A stretch of 64,000 nt of DNA from the NCBI GenBank assembly GCA_000503835.1, contig CP006914.1:721680-785679 (forward strand), written 5' to 3'. Position 1 is the stretch's first letter, and every line of letters begins with the position of its first letter. Below, piece by piece: positions 1-9,573 of the stretch. The notes under the pieces were generated by a model. It was not told the DNA's origin, ran no database searches, and saw only the letters and a list, made by a program, of their open reading frames with translations. This DNA is from a candidate division WWE3 bacterium RAAC2_WWE3_1 (GTDB lineage: Bacteria; Patescibacteriota; WWE3; UBA101185; UBA10185). The position numbers and the translations under genes are program-made.

Positions 1-416
1 AATTTTACGTTTTTGATAACTTTTCCTCATTTCAAGTAGAATACGATGGTTATTTATGGGCTACTTCCGAACATGCCTATCAGGCAAAAAAATTCAAAGA
101 TACTTCACCTGAAGTATATGACAAAATTAAACATACTCGCTCTGCACACGATGCCCAAAAGGTTGCAAATGAAAATAAGAGTGTCCAAAATCCTAATTGG
201 AATACTGTAAAAAAAGAAGTTATGAAAGAGATTCTCCGAAATAAGATTAACCAACACCCATATGTCTTAAAAAAACTTCTTCAGACAGGCACAAGAGAAA
301 TAATAGAGGATTCGTGGAGAGATGCTACTTGGGGGTGGGGCCCTAATAAAGAAGGGAAGAATCTTTTAGGAGCACTGTGGATGGAATTGCGTGACGAGTA
401 CAAAGAGAAACCCTAA
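1..416 (+). CDS. NADAR (YbiA-like, DUF1768) domain protein, 5' partial at window edge
   Basis: Frame continues from position 3 without a start. The translation ...YLWATSEHAYQAKKF...WRDATWGWGPN matches the NADAR/YbiA hallmark motifs. Confidence 0.6.
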   Translation, partial: FYVFDNFSSFQVEYDGYLWATSEHAYQAKKFKDTSPEVYDKIKHTRSAHDAQKVANENKSVQNPNWNTVKKEVMKEILRNKINQHPYVLKKLLQTGTREIIEDSWRDATWGWGPNKEGKNLLGALWMELRDEYKEKP

Positions 417-478
417 CTTACCAAAAATAAGGGGTCATCATGTTTAAATTTCCTTCATGATCTTTGAAAGACTCGTAT

Positions 479-1216
479 TTAATATATATTACCAACCAGA
501 ACATCACCTTTTACAGGAATACAAGTGTACACGTCTGCGTTTGGAGCAACAAAACAATATTTTTCCGGCTCTCGTTTAAGTAGCCGGACTTGAATGACCG
601 TGTTTTTTACTGTGTCCTTAACCCTTGTAACTATTGTATCGAAGGTATTGTCATCCAGTTCGAACGTTGTTTTAAAGTGGTTACCTCTATTTATTGGATT
701 AAATTCCATCAACGTCCAATAATCTATTTTTTTACTTTCCAAAAAATTGCCGATATTTACTATGTCATCAGAATTTATCTTAGTTATAAGCGTCTTAACA
801 TTCACAGGAATACCGATTTCGATAATCTGGTCTAGCAACCGGATAACACTCGTGTATGCTTTGGGGTCCTTTCTCATGCTCACACATATATTTTCAGTTG
901 ATCCATCCAAAGATAGACTAATTCTGGTTACTAATGGTCGGATTAAATTTAATAGAGAGGCATCAAACTTTACTGCGTTTGTATGTACAGTTGTGGCAAT
1001 CCCGTTTTCTTTAAATCGCTTCAAAACATTTACAAAATCTTTATTTATAGATGGTTCCCCGCCGCTTATCGTCACTTGTTTAAACCCGGCTCTTATTATA
1101 TTGTCAATAATATTTTCCTTAATTTCCCACGAAACATCTTGAACGCGCATATCCCAGAAACAAAAATCGCAGCTGAGATTACAACTATTTCCCAGCAAAT
1201 AATGAATCCCTTTCAT
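479..1216 (-). CDS. radical SAM protein
   Basis: N-terminal CNLSCDFC (CxxxCxxC) radical SAM cluster motif plus GGEPS glycine-rich motif. 245 aa. Confidence 0.6.
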   Translation of the reverse strand: MKGIHYLLGNSCNLSCDFCFWDMRVQDVSWEIKENIIDNIIRAGFKQVTISGGEPSINKDFVNVLKRFKENGIATTVHTNAVKFDASLLNLIRPLVTRISLSLDGSTENICVSMRKDPKAYTSVIRLLDQIIEIGIPVNVKTLITKINSDDIVNIGNFLESKKIDYWTLMEFNPINRGNHFKTTFELDDNTFDTIVTRVKDTVKNTVIQVRLLKREPEKYCFVAPNADVYTCIPVKGDVLVGNIY

Positions 1217-1311
1217 ACATTGAGTATATTACTTTTGATTGTACCTCGGTTACAGCCTTTTATGACAACATGACATTTGGGTAGTTACTAAAGAGTTCCA
1301 AAGTTAGCATG

Positions 1312-1833
1312 CTACAGCTCAGAAAGTAAGTGTTCTACGATCTTTGTAGTTGATTTGGACTTTTCATAGTTTATATCAAGTAAATTGATGCCGAGTTTAT
1401 TAGCCCTTTTTTCTTTGCTCTTCCAGTATTTATCCATCTTTTTGGTGGTTATAAGATAGTGCGGTGTCACCGTTTTAAGTATATTGCTGTGTATTCTTGT
1501 TGCTTCTTTGTCATTACTGTAATCAAAGGTATCAATAATTGGAAATACATAATCTATATATTGCACAGCCTCTAAAAACCTCGTCCTAGAGTTTTGATTA
1601 TTTATTGGTCTATTAACTCCTTTTGATTTTCTGATTGTTTCATCATTTTCTACACCTACTATCAAAATATCTACCTGATTTTTTGCAGATTGGAATAATG
1701 CAATATGACCAATATGTAAAATATCAAAACATCCTGTAATTAAACCAATAGTTTTACCCTTCTTCTTATATTTACTAACGATTACCGGAAGCTCTGAAAT
1801 TAGCCTTATTTTACCTTTGCTCATTAAAACCAT
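1312..1833 (-). CDS. cytidylyl/adenylyltransferase family protein (RfaE domain II-like, heptose-1-phosphate adenylyltransferase-like)
   Basis: GCFDILHIGH (HxGH nucleotidyltransferase motif). The region RPINNQNSRTRFLEAVQYIDYVFPI resembles the HldE C-terminal domain. Confidence 0.55.
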   Translation of the reverse strand: MVLMSKGKIRLISELPVIVSKYKKKGKTIGLITGCFDILHIGHIALFQSAKNQVDILIVGVENDETIRKSKGVNRPINNQNSRTRFLEAVQYIDYVFPIIDTFDYSNDKEATRIHSNILKTVTPHYLITTKKMDKYWKSKEKRANKLGINLLDINYEKSKSTTKIVEHLLSEL

Positions 1834-1948
1834 TATACTATCTGCATGTTGGAGAAGAGTGTGGGTGTTTTATTAAAGAAAGTTCCAAGTATGCCCCATG
1901 CCTCCCCCGGGAATTTACGACAGGCTCTAGCCCCGTGAAATCGCTTTA

Positions 1949-3514
1949 GTGAAGTATCTTGATATACTTCATACAGTGTCTCTTTCAAAACCCATTTTAG
2001 CTAAAATTGTACTCTCCCTATTACTAATTCTTGTATTTGCCTCCTTTTTTCCCAAGAAAATAAATTTGGTAATAGCGGACCTGGGGCAGCATTTGAAAAC
2101 AGGAGAGATTTTTTTTAACACGGGCCGGATTATTAAATCAAATTACTATTCCTACACCGAACCTGACCGCCCTGCAGTAAATCACCGTTGGTTGTCAGGG
2201 GTGATTTTTTATGTCGTTTACAAGTATTTTGATTTCGTAGGGTTGAGTATTTTCTTCGCCCTGCTGTCCGGCGTAACTTTATTCATATTTTTTCGGTTGA
2301 TACACAAGAAGGTAGGATTTGTCTGCGCCATCGCATTAATATTTTTGGCATCCCCATTCATACTTTCACGCGTGGAAATCAGACCCGAAGTGTTTAGCCA
2401 TCTTTTTACCGGCCTTTACCTTTACTTGTTTGCGCAATATCGGGAGGGGCGTCTTAAATTCAATAAACTCTTGATTATTGTTTTTCTGATACAGGTGTTG
2501 TGGGTCAACGCGCACCTATTTTTTGTAATCGGGCTATTTTTGTCTTTAGTATTTGCATTTAATTTTTACCTGGAAAATAGATACGATTCTATGCGAAATT
2601 TCCTATCACTTTTTGTGTTGCTTGTTGTCGCAAGCTTAATCAACCCGTCCGGTATTTACGGTGTCTTTGAGCCCTTTGCAATTTTTAGAGAGTATGGCGT
2701 CGATGTTAGTGAAAATGTCGGATTGATAAATTTCTTTTCTTTGGCCTCAGAAATTCCGAATAGTAAAGGATTTTTGTTTATGTTTTTTACCGTATTTATT
2801 TTAGGAATTTTCTCCGGTGTATTTGTCCTCCGTAGGTTTAAAAACAGGAAGGATTGGGTGTGGCTAATCTTATTTATTATCTTTGGGTCCGCTCCTTTAA
2901 TGATGGTAAGACTAGTTGCTGTGTTCGGGTACTACTCAATATTATATTTTGGGACATTGCTCGCAAACTTTCCCGTACTCATTCAGCGCGCCTCGAAAGT
3001 TTTTAGATATTTCATTCCTTTTTTCATAATTAACGGGCCTTTTCTTTTCCCTAACTATGGTGTTGGATTAAGGCCGGCCGTTCAGGATTCGGCTAATTTT
3101 TTCAAGTATAACAACTTACACGGGCCGATTTTTAATAATTACGATATAGGAGGTTACCTTATATATAATCTCTTTCCGGAAGAACGCGTATTTGTAGATA
3201 ATCGTCCGGAGGCTTATTCTGTTTCTTTTGCCGGGAAAGCGACCGGGCGGTTGGGTAGCGATGAAGCAGCATGGGAAAAACTGGACATGGAGTACCGGTT
3301 TAATACAATCTATCTTTCTCTCTGGGGCAAAAAAGATAGTACAAAAGAATTTCTATTTAAGCGTTTCGGGGATGCACGGTGGAGTACGGTGTTTATGGAT
3401 GGTTACGCAATAATTTTAGTTAGGGATATTCCGGAATTTGATAACGTGGTACATGACTATCGTATATCAAATCCAGGCGAGAGATATTTGTCGGAACCCC
3501 AGCCGCCTTACTAA
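1949..3514 (+). CDS. polytopic membrane protein, possible GT-C-type glycosyltransferase
   Basis: 521 aa with more than 10 predicted TM helices and no recognizable catalytic motif. Fold-family assignment is inference. Confidence 0.35.
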   Translation: MKYLDILHTVSLSKPILAKIVLSLLLILVFASFFPKKINLVIADLGQHLKTGEIFFNTGRIIKSNYYSYTEPDRPAVNHRWLSGVIFYVVYKYFDFVGLSIFFALLSGVTLFIFFRLIHKKVGFVCAIALIFLASPFILSRVEIRPEVFSHLFTGLYLYLFAQYREGRLKFNKLLIIVFLIQVLWVNAHLFFVIGLFLSLVFAFNFYLENRYDSMRNFLSLFVLLVVASLINPSGIYGVFEPFAIFREYGVDVSENVGLINFFSLASEIPNSKGFLFMFFTVFILGIFSGVFVLRRFKNRKDWVWLILFIIFGSAPLMMVRLVAVFGYYSILYFGTLLANFPVLIQRASKVFRYFIPFFIINGPFLFPNYGVGLRPAVQDSANFFKYNNLHGPIFNNYDIGGYLIYNLFPEERVFVDNRPEAYSVSFAGKATGRLGSDEAAWEKLDMEYRFNTIYLSLWGKKDSTKEFLFKRFGDARWSTVFMDGYAIILVRDIPEFDNVVHDYRISNPGERYLSEPQPPY

Positions 3515-3627
3515 AACGCCCCGCTTTACTCCAACTTCCTTATTGATAACCCACAGCTAAGAAACCAAAATGCCCCCAAAACGGTTAAAAAATCGTCCGG
3601 GGGCTTCATTTTGATAGAATATAAATC

Positions 3628-4356
3628 ATGAAAACAGAAATGATATTAACTAAAACTCAAATTGTCCCTCACATTAGAAACGAACTGAAGAAAAATGCAG
3701 ACGCCAAAACTCTGGCAAGCTTTCAAAGGTTTTTTAAGCAGACTGTTTTGTGCCACGGAGTGAAGTCCGGAGTAGTCGGAAAAATCGCTAATGAAAACTT
3801 TATTCATGTAAGTGGGTTGAGCAAAAAAGAATTATTTTCAGTTGCCGAGGATCTTTTTAAATCGGGATACTGCGAAGAGTCCTGGGTTGCCGCAGGATGG
3901 GTACATCGAAAGGGAGATTTTGCCGAAAGCGATTTTCCAATTTACGAACGCTGGATTGACAAGTATATCGACAATTGGGCGGAATGTGACACGTTTTGTA
4001 ACCATACCGTCGGTGCCTTTATAGAAAAATATCCTAAGTATGTTAGTAAACTCAAAGTTTGGGCCGGGAGTAAAAATCTCTGGTTACGTAGGGCAGCGGC
4101 AGTAAGCTTAATTATTCCCGCCAAAGAAGGTAAGTTTCTAAAGGATGTTTTCGAAATTGCGGATATTTTATTAACAGACAAAGAGGATATGGTTCAAAAG
4201 GGATATGGGTGGCTGTTAAAAGTCGCGGGCAGCAAACATCAAAAAGAGGTGTTCGATTACGTTCAGAAAAATAAAGATAAAATGCCTCGTACCGCGCTGA
4301 GATACGCAATAGAGAAGATGCCGGAAAATCTAAAAAAACGCGCGATGGCAAAGTGA
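3628..4356 (+). CDS. DNA alkylation repair protein (AlkD-like HEAT-repeat glycosylase family)
   Basis: 242 aa helical protein with the WIDKYIDNWAECD motif typical of the AlkD/DNA_alkylation family. Confidence 0.55.
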   Translation: MKTEMILTKTQIVPHIRNELKKNADAKTLASFQRFFKQTVLCHGVKSGVVGKIANENFIHVSGLSKKELFSVAEDLFKSGYCEESWVAAGWVHRKGDFAESDFPIYERWIDKYIDNWAECDTFCNHTVGAFIEKYPKYVSKLKVWAGSKNLWLRRAAAVSLIIPAKEGKFLKDVFEIADILLTDKEDMVQKGYGWLLKVAGSKHQKEVFDYVQKNKDKMPRTALRYAIEKMPENLKKRAMAK

Positions 4357-4387
4357 CCTCCTGCACAACAAGTTGATATAATGAATC

Positions 4388-5467
4388 ATGAAGTTTATCG
4401 TCAGCGCCGGAGGCCAGGGCACGAAACTATGGCCATACAGCAGAGAAAATAACCCCAAGCAATTTCAGAAAATCTTAAACGGAGAATCGCTTTTTTCATA
4501 CAACGTAAAAACTTTACTTAGAAAATACCCCGCAAACGATATTCTTATTTCGACCAAAGACCGGTACGTAAAAATCGCGCGTGAGCAGGTTCCGCAGATA
4601 CCTTTGGAAAATTATATTCTAGAGCCGGACACACCTAAGAACAGAGGTCCCGCCGACGGACTAGCAATTGTTTACCTCGACGTTAAATTTCCGGGCGAAC
4701 CCTTTATGATCGTTCAGTCGGATTGCGTCAGAATTCCCGAAAACAATTATCTATTATTAATAGAAACTGCCGAAAAGCTAGTGAAAGAATATAAAAAGTT
4801 TATTTCGGGCGGAATTGCTGTCACATACCCCGACCTTGGGGTTGACTACCTAAAGCTCGGCAGAAAAATCCATTCTTATGGGAACGTCGATGTTTATGAA
4901 GCAAAAGAATTCGTTGACCGCCGTTCAAATTATGTTGAAACGAAAGAACTCATCGAAAATTTTAACGTTGTAAAGCACAGCAACCACAACTGCTGGTACC
5001 CACAACTGCTGTTAGAAGCGTATGAAAGATACAAACCGGATTGGTATACGGCGCTAATGCAGATTAGAAAAATTATTAGTGAAACGAACAGTCTCGAGGG
5101 CGTTTCAGCTATTTATCAGGGAATGGAAGCCGGTGCAACCGAAATCGTCACCCGCCATTTATTTAAAGACGCGCTGATTTTGCAGCTCAATTATAATTGG
5201 GTCGACATCGGTACGTGGAATTCGCTTTACGAGTATGTCGCGCGTAAAGATCAGGTGTACAAAGAGGGAAACGTGATTGCCCTGGACTCAAAAAGCTCTT
5301 TGATTAAAAGTGACAATCCCGACAAACTGATAGCGGTGTTCGGACTAAAGGATATGGTGGTTGTAGATACTGCGGACACGCTGTTGATTGTGCCTAAAGA
5401 TAAAACCGACAAAATCAAAGACATTCAGGACGAGCTGCGCAGTAAAAAGCTGGACAAGTATTTGTAG
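4388..5467 (+). CDS. mannose-1-phosphate guanylyltransferase-like nucleotidyltransferase
   Basis: N-terminal SAGGQGTKLWPYSR (GGxGTRLWPLSR sugar-nucleotidyltransferase motif). 359 aa. Confidence 0.6.
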   Translation: MKFIVSAGGQGTKLWPYSRENNPKQFQKILNGESLFSYNVKTLLRKYPANDILISTKDRYVKIAREQVPQIPLENYILEPDTPKNRGPADGLAIVYLDVKFPGEPFMIVQSDCVRIPENNYLLLIETAEKLVKEYKKFISGGIAVTYPDLGVDYLKLGRKIHSYGNVDVYEAKEFVDRRSNYVETKELIENFNVVKHSNHNCWYPQLLLEAYERYKPDWYTALMQIRKIISETNSLEGVSAIYQGMEAGATEIVTRHLFKDALILQLNYNWVDIGTWNSLYEYVARKDQVYKEGNVIALDSKSSLIKSDNPDKLIAVFGLKDMVVVDTADTLLIVPKDKTDKIKDIQDELRSKKLDKYL

Positions 5468-5535
5468 GATTTATAGGGTAGGACGGTTCAAGTTTGTGTT
5501 AAAATCAAGGCTGTTCCGGTGCTAAATGCGGCTTT

Positions 5536-5625
5536 GGAGGGATGCGAGAGCGGTCTAATCGGCTCGCTTGGAAAGCGACGCGTCGCGAAAGCGGCACGAG
5601 GGTTCGAACCCCTCTCCCTCCGCCA
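5536..5625 (+). tRNA. tRNA-Ser(GGA), type II with long variable arm, CCA encoded
   Basis: Acceptor GGAGGGA/TCCCTCC; D-loop GAGCGGTCTAA; anticodon loop TTGGAAA (U33, GGA, A37); long variable arm; T-arm GAGGG-TTCGAAC-CCCTC; discriminator G plus CCA. Architecture parallels E. coli tRNA-Ser(GGA). Confidence 0.85.
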
Positions 5626-5826
5626 TGCCTTCGGCAGACTTGCCGACAGGTAAGGCTGACGAAGCATTGCTGAAGTGAATTGGTTCGAAAGGCGCAGGCA
5701 CGACGGTACCGAGCCGGGGTCGACGGAATTCTCAGCAGAGAATTACCGGTGACCGAACCCCATAATTTGAGCTACGCGAGAATTATACAAGGAAGCGCAG
5801 CGAGTACTTGAGCGAGCAAGCTTTTA

Positions 5827-5838
5827 CTCCCTCCGCCA
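5827..5838 (+). repeat. 12-nt exact direct repeat of the tRNA-Ser 3' end (CTCCCTCCGCCA), 213 bp downstream of the tRNA
   Basis: Identical to 5614..5625. The intervening 200 bp is GC-richer and structured and contains a GGTTCGAAAGG T-loop-like motif. Confidence 0.5.
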
Positions 5839-5848
5839 AAAAATTCTT

Positions 5849-5905
5849 TTCAAAAATAAGCATAAAAAACGCCCCGGCAATATCTAATTGATATGCAAGG
5901 GCGTG
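5849..5905 (-). terminator. Rho-independent terminator of the 5884..6741 gene
   Basis: On the minus strand, hairpin ACGCCC..GGGCGT (overlapping the stop codon) followed by TTTTTTATGCTTATTTTT. Confidence 0.4.
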
Positions 5906-6741
5906 TAAGACGCTTCTAGTACATTTAACAAAATCACGTAACGATAGTAGGTAGGTTCCAGATTGGGACCCCATCCGCAGAAGTTAATCATTATTTCGTG
6001 GCCGTTATTTTTTACGGTTTCGAAAGCTTCTGCATTTCCTATCGATTCGTATCTGCCGTCAGTGACTATGTCTAGTACTTGCTCCGGATTTAGTCGTATT
6101 TCTTCGGCAGCGTTGTGATCCATTCTAATTGCTGCCACAACTTCTACTTCAACCTTAGTTCCGCTTGAGTAGAGTTTTCCTCTGCTTCCCACGGCTTGCT
6201 GAAGTTTCTTGAGGACGGATTCTTCGGAAGTTTTTCCCCGACGTTCAAAGTAAAATCGAAAGGGTTCTGCTTCCAACGGTTCGTCTTTATGGTACCCGGA
6301 GTGGATTCCAATCAAAATATTTCCATAATTTTCTGCTCTGGAAACACCGATCCCGTTTCCTACTTCCAAACCTTCGGAGGTACTTGCGTAACCCCCAAGA
6401 TTTACGGGACTAATCAATTCCGCCGAGATCTCGATTCCCTCAAATCCGCCACCATCAAATTGCATGACGACAGGACCGATAGAGAGGTCTATATTGCCGT
6501 CTGCCGCCCGGAAGATATAAGGATTTACCTCTTCTTTCGGGAGTGGGGTTGGCGTGGCGGTTGTCAAAGGCTGCTTGGTGGCAATAATTTCCTGGAGTAC
6601 GGGAGTATTCCCGAGTACTTCAAGATCTTTTGTTGCCGCAAATTCGGATTTTGCGATACGCGGTGCGCTTGTTTTGTATGTCGCAAAATCAAACGACAGT
6701 ATCGCAAGTATCAAAAATACCATCAGGCCCAATTTTTTCAT
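5884..6741 (-). CDS. secreted hypothetical protein (signal peptide)
   Basis: N-terminal MKKLGLMVFLILAILSF hydrophobic signal. 285 aa with no confident family assignment. Confidence 0.4.
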   Translation of the reverse strand: MKKLGLMVFLILAILSFDFATYKTSAPRIAKSEFAATKDLEVLGNTPVLQEIIATKQPLTTATPTPLPKEEVNPYIFRAADGNIDLSIGPVVMQFDGGGFEGIEISAELISPVNLGGYASTSEGLEVGNGIGVSRAENYGNILIGIHSGYHKDEPLEAEPFRFYFERRGKTSEESVLKKLQQAVGSRGKLYSSGTKVEVEVVAAIRMDHNAAEEIRLNPEQVLDIVTDGRYESIGNAEAFETVKNNGHEIMINFCGWGPNLEPTYYRYVILLNVLEASYTPLHIN

Positions 6742-6810
6742 CGGAACCTCCGTGAATAAACGTGGGAGAGGCGCTAAGAAATTTTTCGCTTAACGCCTCT
6801 CCGATAAGGG

Positions 6811-7572
6811 TTACATTATTTTCTTAATAATCACCGCTGCCGCTGTTACAAGCACCAGAACGTACAGCCAAATATTATCGGCGCGTTCCGGAACTTCACC
6901 GCCTAACGATGGTTCTGTTGGCGTGGGGTCGGCGGGCGGTATGTCGGTTATTGTGACAACCGGGGTGCCCGTTTCTTCGGGTGTACTTGTGGGTGTCACA
7001 GTCGAAGGAGTTTGGGTGATCGTTCCCGTTGGAGTTTCTGTAATTGTAACAGTCTCTGTCGGGGTAACGGTAACCGTCTCGGTTTGCGTTTCTGTTTTTG
7101 TTGGGGTGATGGTGTTGGTTGGTGTTACGGTCTCTGTTTCGGTTGGCGTTTCCGTTGTGGATACAACTGTTGTCACCACGGGTGTGGGTGTAATTTCACC
7201 GCATGGACCGTGAGAAAGAACAAATTGTCCATCCCAACCAACGTAAATTTCCGCCGTCGCTTCGGTGATGTAACTGCCCAGGTTGGAAGTGGTGCGATAA
7301 TGCGCGGCACCTCCGGTAAAACTGAACCTGTTTACATCCTCCTTAGCGCCGTTTAACCATTCTACTGTGATGTGGTCCGGTGCTTGCTCTACCGAACCAA
7401 TCTGGTTAATTATGATTTCCCACACAGTCGAATCGCAACCGTGGTCTTTCAAAGACCCGTCCTTGATAGAAATGGTCATCGTTTCGCTTACCTGCGCGTT
7501 TGCAGATAAAGCGGCAGTACCAAGTACTGCGATTAAACCCAGCGTTACTACTAACCGTACAAAAGTTTTCAC
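6811..7572 (-). CDS. cell-surface protein with Thr/Pro-rich repeat linker and C-terminal membrane anchor
   Basis: Signal peptide, about 90-aa TPTETETVTPT... low-complexity repeat, C-terminal hydrophobic LYVLVLVTAAAVII followed by KK. Confidence 0.45.
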   Translation of the reverse strand: MKTFVRLVVTLGLIAVLGTAALSANAQVSETMTISIKDGSLKDHGCDSTVWEIIINQIGSVEQAPDHITVEWLNGAKEDVNRFSFTGGAAHYRTTSNLGSYITEATAEIYVGWDGQFVLSHGPCGEITPTPVVTTVVSTTETPTETETVTPTNTITPTKTETQTETVTVTPTETVTITETPTGTITQTPSTVTPTSTPEETGTPVVTITDIPPADPTPTEPSLGGEVPERADNIWLYVLVLVTAAAVIIKKIM

Positions 7573-7780
7573 CTTTTCCTCCTAATATAATATTGGTTTA
7601 TCAACGTGCGTTAGATGATTACAGCCTCATTAAAGGCTTTGGTATTATAACACCCCATAGCCGTTTGGTAAAGTACTATAGGGTCGAAATGCACAGCCTA
7701 AAATACCGTTCAATCCCGTCTGCTCAACCATTTTTGGGTTTTGTTTGTGATTTAATCCGAGGTATGCTATACAAAGAACA

Positions 7781-9541
7781 ATGGACACGATTAATGAGAT
7801 CAAGCAGAAAATAGATATTGTCGACCTGGTAGGCTCCTACGTAAGTTTGAAAAAAGCAGGCCGCAACTATAAGGGCATTTGTCCCTTTCATTCCGAGAAT
7901 ACCCCCTCTTTTATGGTTTCACCCGAGCTTCAGATTTTCAAGTGTTTCGGTTGTGGTGAAGCGGGTGACATTTTTAAATTTGTCGAAAAAATCGAAGGCA
8001 TTGAATTTTCGGCAGCGTTAGAACAGCTGGCGGTAAAAGCCGGTATAAAACTTGAGAAAAAAGATTACGATCCGGAATCGGCCAGGAGAAAAGAGCTGTA
8101 TCAGATAAACAGTCTGACGGCAAAGTATTACCACTATATTTTAACTAAGCACCCGCAGGGAAAACCCGGATTGGACTATCTTACACAGAAAAGAAAACTC
8201 ACCCCGGAGACGATTGACTTCTTTCAAATGGGGTACGCTCCGGATACCTGGGATTCCCTCCACAACTTCCTTAAAAAACAGGGCATACACGAGAACGAGA
8301 TGTTAGACGCCGGGGTAATTTCCGAAAAAAGTTCAGGCGACGGTTATATCGATAAATTCCGTGGCAGAGTAGTTTTTCCCTTCAAGGGAATTGACGGGAA
8401 CATTGTCGGTTTTAACGGCAGAACTATACTGGACCGCGAACCCAAGTATTTAAACACTGCAGAAACGGCTGTATTCCACAAAGGAACTTTTCTGTTTAAT
8501 TTGGTAAACGCCAGGATAGATATAAAAAAGCACGGTGCCGTCGTGGTTGAGGGGCAAATGGATGTTATAAGTGCTTACCAGGACGGAATAAGAAATATGG
8601 TGGCTTCTTCCGGCACAGCGTTGGCGGAGAACCAGCTAAAAATCCTGCAAAGGTACACTAACGACCTTACATTCTGTTTTGACGCAGATTCTGCAGGAGT
8701 AAACGCAGTTTACCGCGCGGTAGAAATTGCCGAAAAGCTGGGATTTAACATAAAAGTGGCTTTAATTCCGGCTCCTTACAAAGATATAGACGAAGTACTT
8801 AAGGCAGAACCGGAAAAGGCCAAAATCGCTATCCGCGACGCAGTAGATGTTTATGATTTCTACATATCCAGCACACTTAAAGCTAATAGCAAAGAGTCCG
8901 CTCTGGGAAAAAAGATTATATTAGAAGCTTTGGTACCCGTCTTTTCAAAAATAAATAATCCGGTAATTGTGGACCACTATTCAAAAATGCTGGCTACGGA
9001 ACTCGGACTATCCGAAGACACCGTGACTACCATGTTCAAAGGAGGTACCCTGGGCAATTACGTCGGTCCGGAAGACGACCAGAAAATACCTCTTTTGTCG
9101 CGGGACAACCCTGAAGGATACTTTCTAGCCCTTCTCTTCAAGGCGGATATTGACATAATGCGTGAATACGCGTATAAGATGGACGTTGAGGATTTCTTAA
9201 ACCCTATAGTGGTTAATATCTATGAGGCCTTAGTTGCCTACTTAAAAGAAGACAGAAAATCCTTCAACATTAAACAAGTCATAAAAAAAGCCGAAGAAGG
9301 CCATCATGACAACATTTCGGAACTTTACCTTTGGGATTTTGATGGTATTATTGAGGTCGAGTCCCCTCAGATACTTGAGAGGGAGATTGAAAGTGTATTT
9401 AAACGTATTAAAAAAGATTCTGCTAAACGGGCAGTGAAAGCTTTGACGGAGAAGATAAAGGTTGCGGAACTGGAGAAAGATTGGGACCTGGTTCTAAAAC
9501 TAACAAAAAAGGTAGAAAAACTTAAAAAATCGTTTCTATAA
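7781..9541 (+). CDS. dnaG: DNA primase DnaG
   Basis: CPFHSENTPSF...FKCFGCG zinc-ribbon motif, Toprim region (VVEGQMDVIS), 586 aa, located immediately upstream of rpoD. Confidence 0.9.
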   Translation: MDTINEIKQKIDIVDLVGSYVSLKKAGRNYKGICPFHSENTPSFMVSPELQIFKCFGCGEAGDIFKFVEKIEGIEFSAALEQLAVKAGIKLEKKDYDPESARRKELYQINSLTAKYYHYILTKHPQGKPGLDYLTQKRKLTPETIDFFQMGYAPDTWDSLHNFLKKQGIHENEMLDAGVISEKSSGDGYIDKFRGRVVFPFKGIDGNIVGFNGRTILDREPKYLNTAETAVFHKGTFLFNLVNARIDIKKHGAVVVEGQMDVISAYQDGIRNMVASSGTALAENQLKILQRYTNDLTFCFDADSAGVNAVYRAVEIAEKLGFNIKVALIPAPYKDIDEVLKAEPEKAKIAIRDAVDVYDFYISSTLKANSKESALGKKIILEALVPVFSKINNPVIVDHYSKMLATELGLSEDTVTTMFKGGTLGNYVGPEDDQKIPLLSRDNPEGYFLALLFKADIDIMREYAYKMDVEDFLNPIVVNIYEALVAYLKEDRKSFNIKQVIKKAEEGHHDNISELYLWDFDGIIEVESPQILEREIESVFKRIKKDSAKRAVKALTEKIKVAELEKDWDLVLKLTKKVEKLKKSFL

Positions 9542-9573
9542 AGTATAAATTTTCCTAATAATCAAACTTAAAC

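Noticed and set aside
5626-5838. Considered that the structured segment after tRNA-Ser plus the second TCCCTCCGCCA could be a tmRNA (ssrA) or two-piece tmRNA
   Set aside because: The upstream unit is already a complete cloverleaf tRNA-Ser with anticodon arm. I could not find a resume-codon/tag reading frame or pseudoknot organisation. Kept as a repeat/att-like finding instead.
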